Shown here: positions 1 to 13,310 of the stretch, one piece after another
How the letters are laid out: every line of letters begins with the position of its first letter
Position numbering within the stretch: position 1 is the stretch's first letter
Assembly: GCF_009914755.1 (NCBI RefSeq)
Contig: NC_060928.1
DNA: 64,000 nt
Reading direction: 5' to 3' (one strand)
Source: the human T2T-CHM13v2.0 reference genome, Homo sapiens
The notes under the pieces: generated by a model
Seen by the model: only the letters and a program-made list of their open reading frames with translations
Database searches by the model: none
What the model was told of the DNA's origin: nothing
Translations under genes and position numbers: made by a program

Positions 1-386
<386 letters not shown>

Positions 387-439
387 ATATCAAATCATCC
401 TTCTGATTAAAAGCCGTTAGTCTCCTCCTTTTAAAAATA

Positions 440-1313
440 TTATATTTTATTTTAAGTTCCGGGATACACGTGCAGGATGTGCAGGTTTGTTATATAGGTA
501 AACGTGTACCATGGTGGTTTGCTGCACAGATTAACTCATCACCTAGATATTAAGCCCCACATGCATTAGCTATTTATCCTGATGCTCTCCCTTCCCCCAA
601 CCCCCAACAGAGCCCAGTGTGTATTGTTCCCCTCCCTGTGTCCCTGTGTTCCCGTTGTTCAGCTCCCACTTATGAGTGAGAACATGTGGTGTTTGGTTTT
701 CTGTTCCTGCGTTAGTTTGCTGAAGATAATGGCTTCTAGCTTCATCCATCTCCATGCAAAGGACATAATCTTATTCCTTTTTTGGCTGCATAGCATTCCA
801 TGGTGCATATGTACCACATTTTCTTTATTCAGTCCATCATTGATGGGCATTTGGGCTGATTCCATGTCTTTGCTATTGTGAATAGTGCTACAGTAAACAT
901 ACATGTGCATGTATCAATAATAGAATTATTTATATTCCCTTGGGTATATACCCAGTAATGGGATTGCTGGGTCAAATGGTATTTCGGTTCTAGATCCTTG
1001 AGGAATCACCACACTGTGTTTCACAATGGTTGAACTAATTTATATTTCCACTAACAGTGTGAAAAAGTTCCTATTTCTTTGCAGCCTCGCCAGCATCTGT
1101 TGTTTCTTGACTTTTTAATAATCGCCATTCTGACTAGCATGAGATGGTATCTCATTGTGGCTTTGATTTGCATTTCTCTAATAATCAGTGATGTTGAACT
1201 TGTTTTTATATGTTTGTGGGTCACATAAATGTCTTCTCTTGAGAAGTGTTTGTTCATGTTCTTTGCCCATTTTTTGATGGGGTTGTTTGTTTTTTTCTTT
1301 TAAGTTTGTTTAA
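440..1313 (-). mobile_element. 5'-truncated L1PA 3' end (ORF2 C-terminus + 3'UTR)
   Basis: ORFs 1051..1257 and 659..910 translate to the L1 ORF2 C-terminus ([21 protein letters not shown]); typical L1PA 3'UTR. Confidence 0.93.
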
Positions 1314-1329
1314 GTATTCTCTTCCCTTT

Positions 1330-1870
1330 ATACTTAGAAAAAATTCTAAATTTCTCACCAGGGCTCTCATAACACCCCTCCTGATCTGGCTGTATTTCTG
1401 CTCCAGTGTCATCTCCTGTCACTTTCCCCTGACCCAGTCTACTGTCTACTTCCTCACTTTGAGGCTTTTGCCTGTGCTCTTCCATTGCCTGAAAGAACTT
1501 TTCAGTCTTCCACTGGCTCTTTGCATGCCTGGCTCTTTATTATCCTCCAAGTCTCAGCTTAAATGTGCCTTTCTCAGAGTCCTTCTGTGACCACCATACG
1601 TTGAAAGGTCTTTCTTCTCTCCTTTAATACTCTTCCATGGTGATCTGCTTTTCTCATAATAGCACTTATGAGAAAAGTTAGAGAGTGAAGTCACAACTGG
1701 GAACTTAAAAAAATAAACTTGCTTGCATATTTATGATCTATCTCCCCAACTAGCCTGGAAGATCCAAAGGGTTACTGTCTTGCATTGCTGAATTGACACT
1801 GTTGTATCCCCAGTACTGAGCATCATGCCTGGCTCATAGTAAGTCCTCAATAATCTGCTCAATGAATGAT
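1330..1870 (+). mobile_element. Degenerate L2 fragment
   Basis: L2-like 3' end (gcctggctcatagtaagtcctcaataa...aatgaatga); boundaries approximate. Confidence 0.6.
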
Positions 1871-2807
1871 CAGATATGCAACAAAACATTTAAATAGAAC
1901 GTCAGCCTGATTAAAACAATTGTTAGCATATGGATGTACTTTTCTTTCTTCTTTCTTTATGTCATCCAAGCGTGTGAAATTAGCATGTATGTTTGCTTAT
2001 ATGTGCATCCGCTTGTATGTGTTAGGAGAAAAATACCCAAGTTCTTCATTCCTGCTTGTATTTTCCTCCTTTTCTTGATCCATTTTCTACAGTTCATTTT
2101 CTCTTGATAAAAATGTTCATTTTCACATATTTACTTTTAAGAACTTGTTACATCTTATATTTGAATTAAATATATTAGTTTCCTTTCAATCTCCAATAGC
2201 CATATTATGAAGTTAATGCTATTTTTTGCTTTCTTTTCATTTTTAGACATTTCATTCATTCATTCATTTCTCATTTAAAAAATATACCGTGTGACAGGAA
2301 CTGTTTAGGTACTGGGGATAGAGATGAATAAAATAAAATTATTGCCCTCAAATAGTTTATAGTGTGAATGCAATGAGGTAAATGGGAATGGAGTGCCGAG
2401 AAGGGGAAACAAAGTTTTCTTGGGAGAATTGGGGATACTATGTGGAAGGCCCTTGCCGAGTGGGCATTTATTAGAGGAGGAAGCAGGTGGGGGATGGAAT
2501 TTTCGGTGTCTGGTTAGGATCTGTGGGATTGACAGGGATGCTGTTAGCACATTATTTCTTAGGCTGCTTCACTCTCTAAGTGAAAATCCCAGTGTTTTGC
2601 CTTCCACTGTTCTACCATCTAGAGGGAAGGATAAAGGCTGGTGTGAGTTTGGAAGGCAATTGCACTATCTTAGCCTCAGGACAAGTGCTATGATATCTGG
2701 CAGGGTCAGAGAAGTCAAGAAGACTTTGTCAACTCAAGTCTCACTGTTCTGGGGCAACTTCATTGAGGACCATTGGTCTTCATTCAGTATCATCTATCTC
2801 ACTTCCA

Positions 2808-3137
<330 letters not shown>

Positions 3138-3758
3138 TAACATGATTTATTATGATTTGTCTACCATGAAGAGGATTTGAAGCTAACTATGACAGAGATA
3201 CAGTGAAAACTCAGAGAATTTGTGCTCAATAAGTAGTAGAAGTCAGAGGCAGGAAGACATGAAGTACTTGATTGTCAAGGGTGATTGTGAGGACTTTATA
3301 GGTGGGCACATAATTTTTTTAAATATTGAAGAAGTCTGCAGCCCCACAGTCCAAAGCAATAAAAATCGATGTTGGTATATTATAGAAAAGTGGAGATTTT
3401 GTAGAGAAAGCCAACTTGGGGCTTTGATGTAATTAGAGCAGATGAATTAGGCAGGTGAGAAGGAGAAATTGAACAAGTTTCTTTGTCCTTTATATTCTAA
3501 TACTAATAGTCTTTTGGGGGTAGTAGCTCTATAATTTCCTAGTGTTTGACATTGAGCAAAGGATGTTAGCATGTTTTAGCATACAAGTCCACCACAATAT
3601 TTGCAATATTACCTGATTGAATGCAGATGTCTTTTAATTTGATCTTGTTTATGTTGAACTATGTCATATACCAGAAGTTCCTAAGTGAGCCTCTGCCTTG
3701 ATTTAGAAAGTCTGCCAATTTTGAAAAATCTATCTTTAGTTACTGATTTATCTTACAG

Positions 3759-3854
3759 TCTGGTTGAAACTGAAAAGAATCTTGAAGAAAGCAAGAACAG
3801 ATCGGCCATATCCCTTTTGGCTGCAGAGGAGGAAATAAATCAGCTGAAAAAGCA
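3759..3854 (+). CDS. SPATA18: SPATA18/Mieap coding exon (probably exon 5), [31 protein letters not shown]
   Basis: ttacag|T acceptor, CA|gtaaga donor, 96 nt, phase 2-2; coiled-coil peptide recognised as Mieap. Confidence 0.95.
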
Positions 3855-4442
3855 GTAAGAAAAAAATTACAGGATTATTGCAGCCTAAATCATTGAATTT
3901 AGCTTTTTTGGTGCTCCATTACAACATGAAAGAATCTGTTCACTATCAGAGAGAAAATGCAGAAATATTTTTATTAATTATATATATATATATATTTACT
4001 ACAAAGATATTACTTATCTACTATAGAAAACTTCCAAAGTACAACGTAGTATAAAGGCATATAAAAACCCTTTCATAATTGCAGAGCCAGTGACTGTTAC
4101 CATTTTACATTCTTTCCAATTAATATATTAAAAATAGAGTGGAGACTACAGAATAAAATGTATAAGTATACAATTTTGGATCCTAACTTTTCACCTGACA
4201 TTGTTTTCTCTATCACTAAGAAAAAATACTGCAGAAGTTAGTTTTAAATAGGTTCATTATGTTCCATCATTTGGGGATTTCCCTCATATTGAATATTTAC
4301 TTGTATACTAATTTTCAACATGGGAAATAATATTGGGATAATTTTTGTGGAAAAATCTCAGTTGAACTGTCAGATTATTCCTTAAAGATAAACTTCTAGA
4401 AGGGGAAAATAAACATTGATCTTTTAAAGTTATACCTTCCTG

Positions 4443-4640
4443 AGGGGAACATCACACTCTGGGGACTGTTGTGGGGTAGGGGGAGGGGGGAGGGATAGCA
4501 TTAGGAGATATACCTAATGCTAAATGACGAGTTAATGGGTGCAGCACACCAACATGGCACATGTATACATATGTAACTAACCTGCACATTGTGCATATGT
4601 ACCCTAAAACTTAAAGTATAATAATAATAAAATAAAAAAA
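4443..4640 (+). mobile_element. Short 5'-truncated young L1PA 3' end, followed by a 3' transduction to ~4763
   Basis: L1PA 3'UTR sequence; 17-bp TSD at 4426-4442 and 4764-4780. Confidence 0.92.
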
Positions 4641-5852
4641 GAGTGAATTCACATTCTCAAATATGTATAAAACATTCATAAAAACTGACCATATAATAGC
4701 CTGCAAAGGCAAACTTAACAAATTTCATAAAGATAAATAAAAACAGCAATCTCATAAAAAAATAAGGTTATACCTTCCTGGATCTTAATTTTGATCTCCC
4801 CCTCCCAAAAGAGTAAGTGGGGGGGGGTGTTTTACACACACACACACATACACACCCCTTTTGATTATCTTCGCATGTGTTCCAATGGTTCTGATTTGGT
4901 CAGGAACACCCACAAATCTTAACTAGGAACACTGTTCTATTTTCTACTTCTGTCTTCCCCTTCCTCATCATTTTAATCTCTAATTTCCTATTTGTTATAC
5001 CTTCTCAAATCCATCAATCATATTACTCATCAATTACCTATAGCACCAATTCTGTTCTTTACTGTTTGTAGTGCAGCTTTTCATTCTATTATATCTTTAG
5101 CTTCTTTGCATCCTTCTTAATCTTACTAACTTTCTTATCTTCTTAATCTTACCTTTTCATTTTACACCCTTGTCATTTTCATCGTAGCATCTTCTCTTCT
5201 CCTGGCTTTTGCTCTTGTTTTATGGTGGCCATGCCACTTTGTATCTTGATAAGGATGCCAATTTTATTTCTAAAGATTTTTTTGTTTGCTACATTATTTT
5301 CATAGGTTCACACTTCTAGCTAGTTTTGTGGATGTTATTCAATTTCCATTGTAGTTTTCTCTCATATTCCAACTGTTCAGAGAATCAAAGATTCTAATTA
5401 ATATTAAATATTCCAATTAATATGTTAAAAATAGAGTTGAGACTATTCAGAGAATCAAAGAACTAATGAGGGTAGGAGATTGTATTTTAGACCAGCTGCC
5501 TGAATAGCTTTTGGAGGTCAAATAAGCATGCAGTTAAGATCTGTCCAACATGGGACAGTATGACTATGGGTCCAGTGTTTTTGCTAGAGGATCTGCATGA
5601 GTGTCCTTTCTTTAGGAACTTTTCCCCATGCAAGCTGCAGACATGGAGTGGCACCCTGGCCCTGGCAGTTCTGCTCCTTGCTAATTTGTTCATTCATGTG
5701 TATTTCCATCAGAGTTTCCCAATGCAATAATGGCAGGCTGAGTAGCCTCTGTTGTTAAGCATGCCAATTGCTGCTTATTACCTTTCCTTCCTTCCTTCAC
5801 TCCCTCCCCTCTCCTCTCTTCCCTTCCTCTGCCCTCTCTCTTTGCTGTTCAG

Positions 5853-6092
5853 GCTTAAATCTCTTCAAGCTCAGGAGGATGCCCGCCACAGAAACACAGA
5901 TCAGAGGAGCTCAGAGAATAGGCGGTCAGAGCCTTGGAGCTTGGAGGAGCGGAAGCGTGAGCAGTGGAACTCACTCAAGCAGAATGCAGACCAGCAGGAC
6001 ACAGAAGCCATGTCCGATTATAAGAAACAGCTCCGAAACCTGAAGGAGGAGATAGCTGTTCTGTCTGCTGAGAAAAGTGCACTCCAAGGAAG
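5853..6092 (+). CDS. SPATA18: SPATA18 coding exon, LKSLQAQEDARHRN...EKSALQG
   Basis: Long pyrimidine tract + cag acceptor; AG|gtcaga donor; 240 nt; lies in ORF 5752..6144. Confidence 0.96.
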
Positions 6093-6318
6093 GTCAGACA
6101 AACTCTCAAAGATCTTCTCATTTAGGCTCTTTTTGCTGAGTTAAGGGATCGGGGAGGAGGAAATAAGTAAAATGATAAAATGATACCCTGAACCAAAACC
6201 TCAGCAATCTGCCAAGCTTTGAATTGTAAAGGGATTGTTTTCTTAACTGCACCCCTTCCAGAGAGAGAAAATACCTCCTGAGTTGCCAGCACTTGGACAC
6301 TAATTAACTTTGGGCTGA

Positions 6319-6642
<324 letters not shown>

Positions 6643-7452
6643 TAAGGAAAGTTCTTTGGCTTGAAACCAGATTTGTGCAGGCCTATGGTGCAAGAGGTGG
6701 TACCCTCATGGAAAAAATGTTCTGTAATATGAGGGGTCATTTTCTCTGATGCCTGGGAGTCCTCTCTCCAGGGATACTGTCCATTTCACTGCAGGGTATT
6801 TCCCTTTTATATCTGACTTTGATGGCATGTGTAGGTGAAGTGTTCTTGTGAAATCCCTTTCTACTTATGGACAGATTTTAAGACAGGTCATCCAGACAGT
6901 GTTAAGTAAGGACAAAGTAGGTGTTTCTCTGGAGTCTCTGCATTTCCCTTATTCTTTTTAACAACCCCCCTCAAGCCCCTAATGTGTTCTGCTCCAGGCT
7001 ATGAGAGCCCCCATTCCCATTCTCTAAATGTCACCACAGTCTTTAATTTTGGGGAATCATTCTGTCAGTGTTGTGTTTGTGCCAACTTGTATTGGCTTCC
7101 AATAACCTATTCTGTGCCTGTTTGACATGGTGGTAGTATTTACACCATGGGAATTGGAAAACACCATAAGTAAGTCTTGCCTTACCCAACCCAACCTCCC
7201 TGACTGTTGTACTCAGTTTTGCAATACCTTTTGCCAGGTAGTTTCTTCTGTAAAACCTCCCTTTATGGAGACCCGTTTACTTCAGGCTAGCTAGTCTGAT
7301 AATTTACTTCGTACTTGAGGGCAATATAACTTTTTACTGATACAGTAGTTTACAATATACCCAGTACTTCCACATGTATTTGCTCATCTGACCTTCCAAT
7401 CCCCACCTCCACCCTAAAATAGGGCAAAAGTTATGTGTGTGAAAACTGGGAA

Positions 7453-7667
7453 TTCCAGCTACTTGGGAGGTTGTGGTGGGGAAGATTGCTTGAGCCCAGG
7501 AGTTCTAGACAAGCCTGAGCAACATGGCAAGAACTCATCTCTAAAAAAAGTTAAAAAAATGAATAAATTAGCTGGGTATGCCTGTGGTCCTAGATCCTCT
7601 GGAGGCTGAGGCAGGAGGAACTCTTTAGCCCAGGTGTTTGAAGCTGCAGTGAGCTATGATTGAGCCA
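7453..7667 (+). mobile_element. Truncated Alu (AluJ-like) fused to ERV env
   Basis: Alu left arm, A-linker and partial right arm, stopping at ...gagctatgattgagcca with no poly-A. Confidence 0.85.
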
Positions 7668-10667
7668 AGGGATTTTTGGAAACCAGTCAGTAAAGGTTCT
7701 GGCCCAGTTTTTGTTACTTTGGGAGAGTGTGTTTAGCCATTTGGCTTGTTTGAAAATTTCTTGGACATGAGTTTCCACTTTTCCAGACACATTAATGTAG
7801 ATCAACAGGTTTTACTGATGACAGCAACTTGTTCAGCTAGGAGATAATCTAGAGCTCGTCTATTTCAAAAACCATTCCTGCTAGTGAGCCTAAAGACTTT
7901 TCTAGCAACGATAGACTTGCACCAGTATTTGCTAAGGCCAGTATTTGCCAGTATTTCAAGGGAGGTGGTTAAGTTCCCGTAGTGATTTCATGGTAAGTAA
8001 AACCTCCCCAAGGGGCAAGAGTTGCGATAGTTCCCACAACTCTGGCCACAATAAATCCTAGGGTCCTTTTTCTTCTAGAATGGGATTCTAGATTGGAAAT
8101 TATGTTCAGGACAGTGATTTGGGTGGGAGCTATTGTACCCGGAGTACAAACATCATAATGAAGAGAATTATGAAGATAGAATAAAGCCAAAGCTTTAAAG
8201 GAGTTTAAATAATTTTTAGCAGTGCCACAAAGCCATAAGAGCCCAGGAGTGGCAGCCAGGTAATATGGTGTTGATTGGTTTGATTAAAATGTTGGAAACA
8301 AAGGAAAGGGGCCTCATGACAGTTTTTGAGAGGCCCCATATGAGAGGAAAAGTCATGGTAATGTCCCAGCTGGTTGGGTGAGTGGGGGGCGCAGCGGTGG
8401 TGTTCAAAACCAGGGAAGCATATGTGCAATGGATAGGATATAAGTGGCATGATGGTTTTTTCCGACATTGGTTATATCATTCTAGTAACATACATGAGTG
8501 GTATTAGGAGTGCAAGGGGTGGTGTATACTGGAGGCCTTACTATACTGGTTTGTCTGAAAGGCTTAAAAATGGGCAGTGATTAGACAGATTCAGAGTTTT
8601 GTTGTAAGAGCCTCAAATGGGTTAATGTTACCCACAGGAGTACCATTATAACAGGGTGTACATCCTAAAGTAACATTACAAATTAAAGAAGTTCCAATGA
8701 TATTATAAGTATGAATGGTGGGGGGAGTACTAAGATTACACGAAGGTGGAGATATTTCCCATTTTACCAGCATGGAGAGAAATGGTTGGGGTAGGAAGGT
8801 GTGATAAGAAGACTTGCTCAGCCGCAATTAGATTTACCCAAGGCTCATCCATAGAAAAGGAAAAGACAGGAGCCTGGAAGGACTCAAGGCCCCAGCAGTC
8901 ATCTAGAGGATGACTTTGAGAGGCTTGGTTATAATCCAGGAATAAAGTTAGAGTTGCATGTCCTTCCCCTTGTCCTTGTTCTGCAGAACCCCCTTGTCAG
9001 GTATGTTGGTGAGGTTGTGGCTGTGATGGCTTAGGATAAAGAAGTGCCCCTCTGTCACAAGGGAGGGAGGGGCACTCATTTTTCTGATGATGCTCTTGTT
9101 TGCAATGAGAACAGGGTCCTGGGGGTGGCTTGTAATCTGGAGGTTTTGGACATTTTCTTCTCTAGTGTCCTGGATTTCTGCAGTGATGACAGGCCCGTGT
9201 TCTGTTAGTGTTATGGGGACGAGCCTTGGGGTTATTGGCTAATGAAAAAGAATGTGCCAATGCTGTCACCGTGTAATTAGTGTGGTGCTGGCATTTTTCC
9301 TCCTCCAATGGAACTGTTTTTGTTTTGGATATTTCCTCCTGATTATTGAAAATCTTAAAGCCTACATTTAATAAAGTAAGAAAGGGAGTTTGTGGGCCAT
9401 GCTCTAATTTTTGGAGTTTTTGTCTGATGTCTGGGGAAGTCTGACTTATAAAATGTATGGCCAGAATTGATAGGCTGTTAGGGATTTGGGGGTCAAAACT
9501 TGTGTATTTATGCACATCCTCCACCAGTGTAGCCTGGAAAAGGATGAGGCTCTCAGATGGCTCCTGAGTGATTTCTTGTAATTTAGAAAAATTAACAGGT
9601 TTTATTACTGCCTTTTTCATTTCTTCCAACAAAAAAGAGATCATATAATGTCATCTGCCCCTGCCTCTCTTTGGGCCGGCATCAGCGGCCCGGTATTGCC
9701 AATTGGGTTCTGGGTCAGGGACAGCTTCTGCCCCGGCTTTATCATTGTTAGGATTATGGACATGAGCTTCATCTGCCCAAGCTTGACCATATGCGTGACC
9801 TTTCTTCATGGGAACAACAAGTAGTTAATACCGCAAATATATCTTGCTAGATTCAATCAAAGGCAATAGTTGAAGCCTAAAATTCTTGAATGAACTTAGA
9901 GGGATCCAGGCTAAATGAACCCAAACTTGGATTAAATTTGTGAAAAATCAGACATTAGAAAAGGGACATGAACTTGGATTGCTCCTAAATCTCCATTAGC
10001 TACCTCACAGAGAGGCAAAACATTTTGGGATTTTCTGAGGACTCTGTACTAGTGGTATATGTAACTCCTGTGTGAGTATCTGACAGGGATAAAGTATATG
10101 GACATGGGGATGTTTGATTAGGGGATGGAGCAGATGGGGAGAGTGTAGGTAAAGCAGGAGCAGGCTGAGGACAGAGTGATAGGCAAAAGGGTCATCTAAG
10201 ACACCAGACTTGAGGAGGTAGGAAGTTTCTTGGAAGGATACATGAAAATTTTTATGTAATTTTGAGTTTTGGGATAAAGCCAAAAAGACCTGAACATATG
10301 GGATAAAGACAAAAAGACCAGAACATATCCTTTTTGAGGGTCTGGTAAAATGCATCTACTTGTAAAATAATATTGTGATGCAAAGTTCCATTAATAGGCC
10401 AATTTGATGTATTAGGGATTACAAAAGAAAATTACATGCTTCTTTTTGAGCGTTTATGGGTCAAAATCGGACTGATTTTTAAGAACGCATGCATTCTGGA
10501 GATGTATAGAAATTCTAGTTGCTTATAAATTTTTGGGACAGAAGTCTGGTACCAGATGCTGGAGTCAGATAATAGGGAAGTCTAATCACTTCTGAATTCC
10601 TCAGATAAGGAGTTTTGCCTCCGGATGGTCGGATTCATTGGCCACCAGATGATCTTTGCTTTACTTA
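7662..10667 (-). mobile_element. Deleted class I endogenous retrovirus (partial 5' LTR-gag-env, no pol); EnvV-like env
   Basis: Gag MA-like CVLKN..FDP.TLKKKHVIFFCN, capsid ORF 9162..9644, two CX2CX4HX4C knuckles; env RRKR furin site, fusion peptide ..APWGGFTYHE, ISD NRRALDYLLAEQ; LTR-like ~10490-10667 (MER84/MER66-group assignment from memory). Confidence 0.9.
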
Positions 10668-10714
10668 AGAAGCAAATCAAAGGATTTCCCTGGCTGATTC
10701 TCGCTCACCAACAG

Positions 10715-10976
10715 GTCCTCCAGGAGCCGGTCTCCCAGCCCTGCCCCTCGCAGCCGTAGCTGCAGCCGCAGCAGATCTGCCAGCCCCTCCACCGCTGTCA
10801 AGGTCAGGAGACCGTCCCCAAACCGCTCCAAGCTGTCCAATGTGGCGCGCAAGGCTGCCCTCTTGTCCCGGTTCAGCGATTCCTATTCCCAGGCCCGCCT
10901 GGACGCGCAGTGCCTGCTGCGGCGCTGCATCGACAAGGCTGAGACCGTTCAGCGGATCATCTACATCGCCACAGTG
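10715..10976 (+). CDS. SPATA18: SPATA18 coding exon, [15 protein letters not shown]...QRIIYIATV
   Basis: caacag|G acceptor, GTG|gtatgt donor, 262 nt, phase 2-0; RS-rich. Confidence 0.96.
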
Positions 10977-11099
10977 GTATGTGACGCCTGCGGGACTCCC
11001 GGCTCCTTAGGGCAGCCGGGAGACAAGTTCTGTAACGTGAATGGAACAACTTACAAAGACTAGTGGATCCTGAGGTCACTGAAGTGGGGGAGATTCCAG

Positions 11100-11382
11100 T
11101 CTCCCCATCTGTCTCCTTCCTTCTCTTTCTTCCTCCTTCCCTTTCTTCCTCCTTTCCTATTTCCTTCCTTCCTTCCTTGTTCCCTCCATCCCTCCCTCCC
11201 TCCCTCCTTTCTTTCCTTCCTCTTTGTTTCTTCCCGTCTCTCTCCCTCTCTCCTTCCTTCCCTCCCTCCCTTCCTTTCTCTTTCCCTCCCTCTCTCCATC
11301 TCTTCCTCCTTCTTTCCTTCCTTTCTCCCTTCTTCCTCCATTGTTTCCTTCCTCTCTCTCCTTCCTTCCTTCCTTCCCTTTC
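11100..11382. repeat. CT-rich polypyrimidine/polypurine low-complexity tract
   Basis: ~280 bp almost entirely C/T on + ((CCTT)n/(CCCT)n-like). Confidence 0.95.
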
Positions 11383-11927
11383 ATTACAAATATTTGGGGG
11401 ATGAATCATCTTCACAATCGATAACTATTCATATATATATGAATAGTTATATAATATTTATTTATTTAGTTGGTTATATTGACCAGGCATTTGTTTAAGA
11501 AGTATCCGTAAACGCAGGACTATCTCAAATGGGTTTATACAAAGTAGATTTGCACTGTACCTTTTGTCTAATATGAGCATATGCACACACAGTGGATATA
11601 TTATTGCTAATGGCTGTCATTTGGTTTACTTTAGTTCTTAAACAAATGAGAAGGCTGTGATTGTATTAATGCTTCTGTTTGTTTAATTAAGAGTAGTTAT
11701 TAAAACTGCTTACATATCAGCTATTTGAGCATGACAAATTTTAAAAGTGCACATATGTATCCTTAATTTCCAAAACAAATATGTTTGTTCTATGGGTTAG
11801 TGTCATACTAAGATACTGAGAGTTCATGAGGAGAATTGTTAAATATTAAGAAACAAAACAAAACATTGGTATGAGAGCAGAATTATCAGAAATACTGAAC
11901 TTTATCCTGTATTTATTCATTTAAATC

Positions 11928-12137
11928 AGGGTTAGCAAACCATGATCTATGGACCTTATCTGGACCTGGCTCATATTTCTAAGAGAAATACTACTGTCTG
12001 AAAGCTAAGAATGTAAGAATGTTTTTAGATTTTTAAAGGGTTGTAAAAAAAAAAAAAAGACAGAAACTGTATGTAGCTCAACATGCATACAATATTTGCT
12101 GTCTGGCTCCGTATTGAAAAACGTTTGCCATCCCCTG
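11928..12137. mobile_element. MER58-like hAT-Charlie MITE
   Basis: TIR-like ends cagggttagcaaac ... gtttgccatcccctg. Confidence 0.7.
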
Positions 12138-12671
12138 GTTTATATAATTAAGAACCACTTACTGAGTTAGTTAAAGCTCTGTCAATGTACAGACCACATC
12201 TTCCTTGCATAACGGAGTTTTCCCAATGCTTACCACACCATAAGCATTTAATAAATATTTGTTGAATTAACATATGCCAGGACACATGTCTGAGTCTGGA
12301 TATGTGTTTATAACATAAACACTAGACTGATAATGTTCTCTTATTTCTTGACCAGTAATGTGATATTGCTATGGGCTTATAGCAGGGGATTTATTTCCTT
12401 CAATTTCTGCACTGTCCTGCTTCCTGCACTCAGAATTTCTAGAATAATAGTCAACTGTCTTGATGTTAGTGAGCATGGATTATTATATGTTTATGTACTT
12501 TTCAAAGTTAGAGATGTATTTTCTTCCAGACTAAAAATGTTTTTGATCAACTGTGTTTAGTTATCAGAAGACCAATATGATGTTGAAGCTCGGATTCTTT
12601 CTAATTCCTTGTTTTGGATCTCTTCACCTACCTCTTTTCACCAAATAAATTTGCTGCATTTTTATGTGCAG

Positions 12672-12830
12672 GAGGCATTCCATGTAGCAAAAATGGCATT
12701 CAGACACTTCAAGATCCATGTGAGAAAATCGTTGACACCATCTTATGTGGGGTCGAATGACTTTGAGAATGCTGTCTTGGATTATGTCATTTGTCATCTT
12801 GATCTATATGATTCTCAAAGCAGTGTCAAT
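12672..12830 (+). CDS. SPATA18: SPATA18 coding exon, [10 protein letters not shown]...YDSQSSVN
   Basis: tgcag|GAG acceptor, AAT|gtaagt donor, 159 nt, phase 0-0. Confidence 0.96.
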
Positions 12831-13069
12831 GTAAGTGTTGAGTCTTTTATTAGGACTGGTTTGCTGCTGCTGCTGCAGTTTATATTGAGTACTAATAACT
12901 CAGAAATCCATCCAGTATTTAGTATTAATTCTATGTAATGAAAAAGAAGAAAGGAACAGCATTCAATTTACTTGGTAGCACCTGCCATTATTGACTGTTT
13001 CTTCCTTAAACATATTATAGGGAAAAAATGTCTGAGTTTCTTTAGATAGGCTGTTATGATCAGGAGATG

Positions 13070-13310
13070 GAATATCATAGTTCTTAAGAGCAAGGATTTG
13101 GGGAAAAGTATGTATGGATTTGCTTCCTGACTCTGACACTTACTAGCTGTGTGATCTTACACATTTACTTAATCTCTGTATGCTTTAGTTTTCTAATCCT
13201 TAAGTGGGAGTAACACTGTTCATTACTCCATAGAGTCATTGAGAGCATTAAATGAAAGAAAGTAGGCAATTTGCTTAGCACAAGACATGGCACATAGTTA
13301 ACACTCAATA
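13070..13310 (+). mobile_element. MIR
   Basis: MIR core (ctctgacacttactagctgtgtgatctt...ttacttaatctctg). Confidence 0.7.

Noticed and set aside
9162-9644. Gag ORF as a domesticated gene
   Set aside because: Flanked by stops and frameshifts; first zinc knuckle interrupted by a stop
10957-11424. Several 66-152 aa ORFs (E/R/G/K-rich or P/S/F/L-rich)
   Set aside because: Artefacts of the CT low-complexity tract
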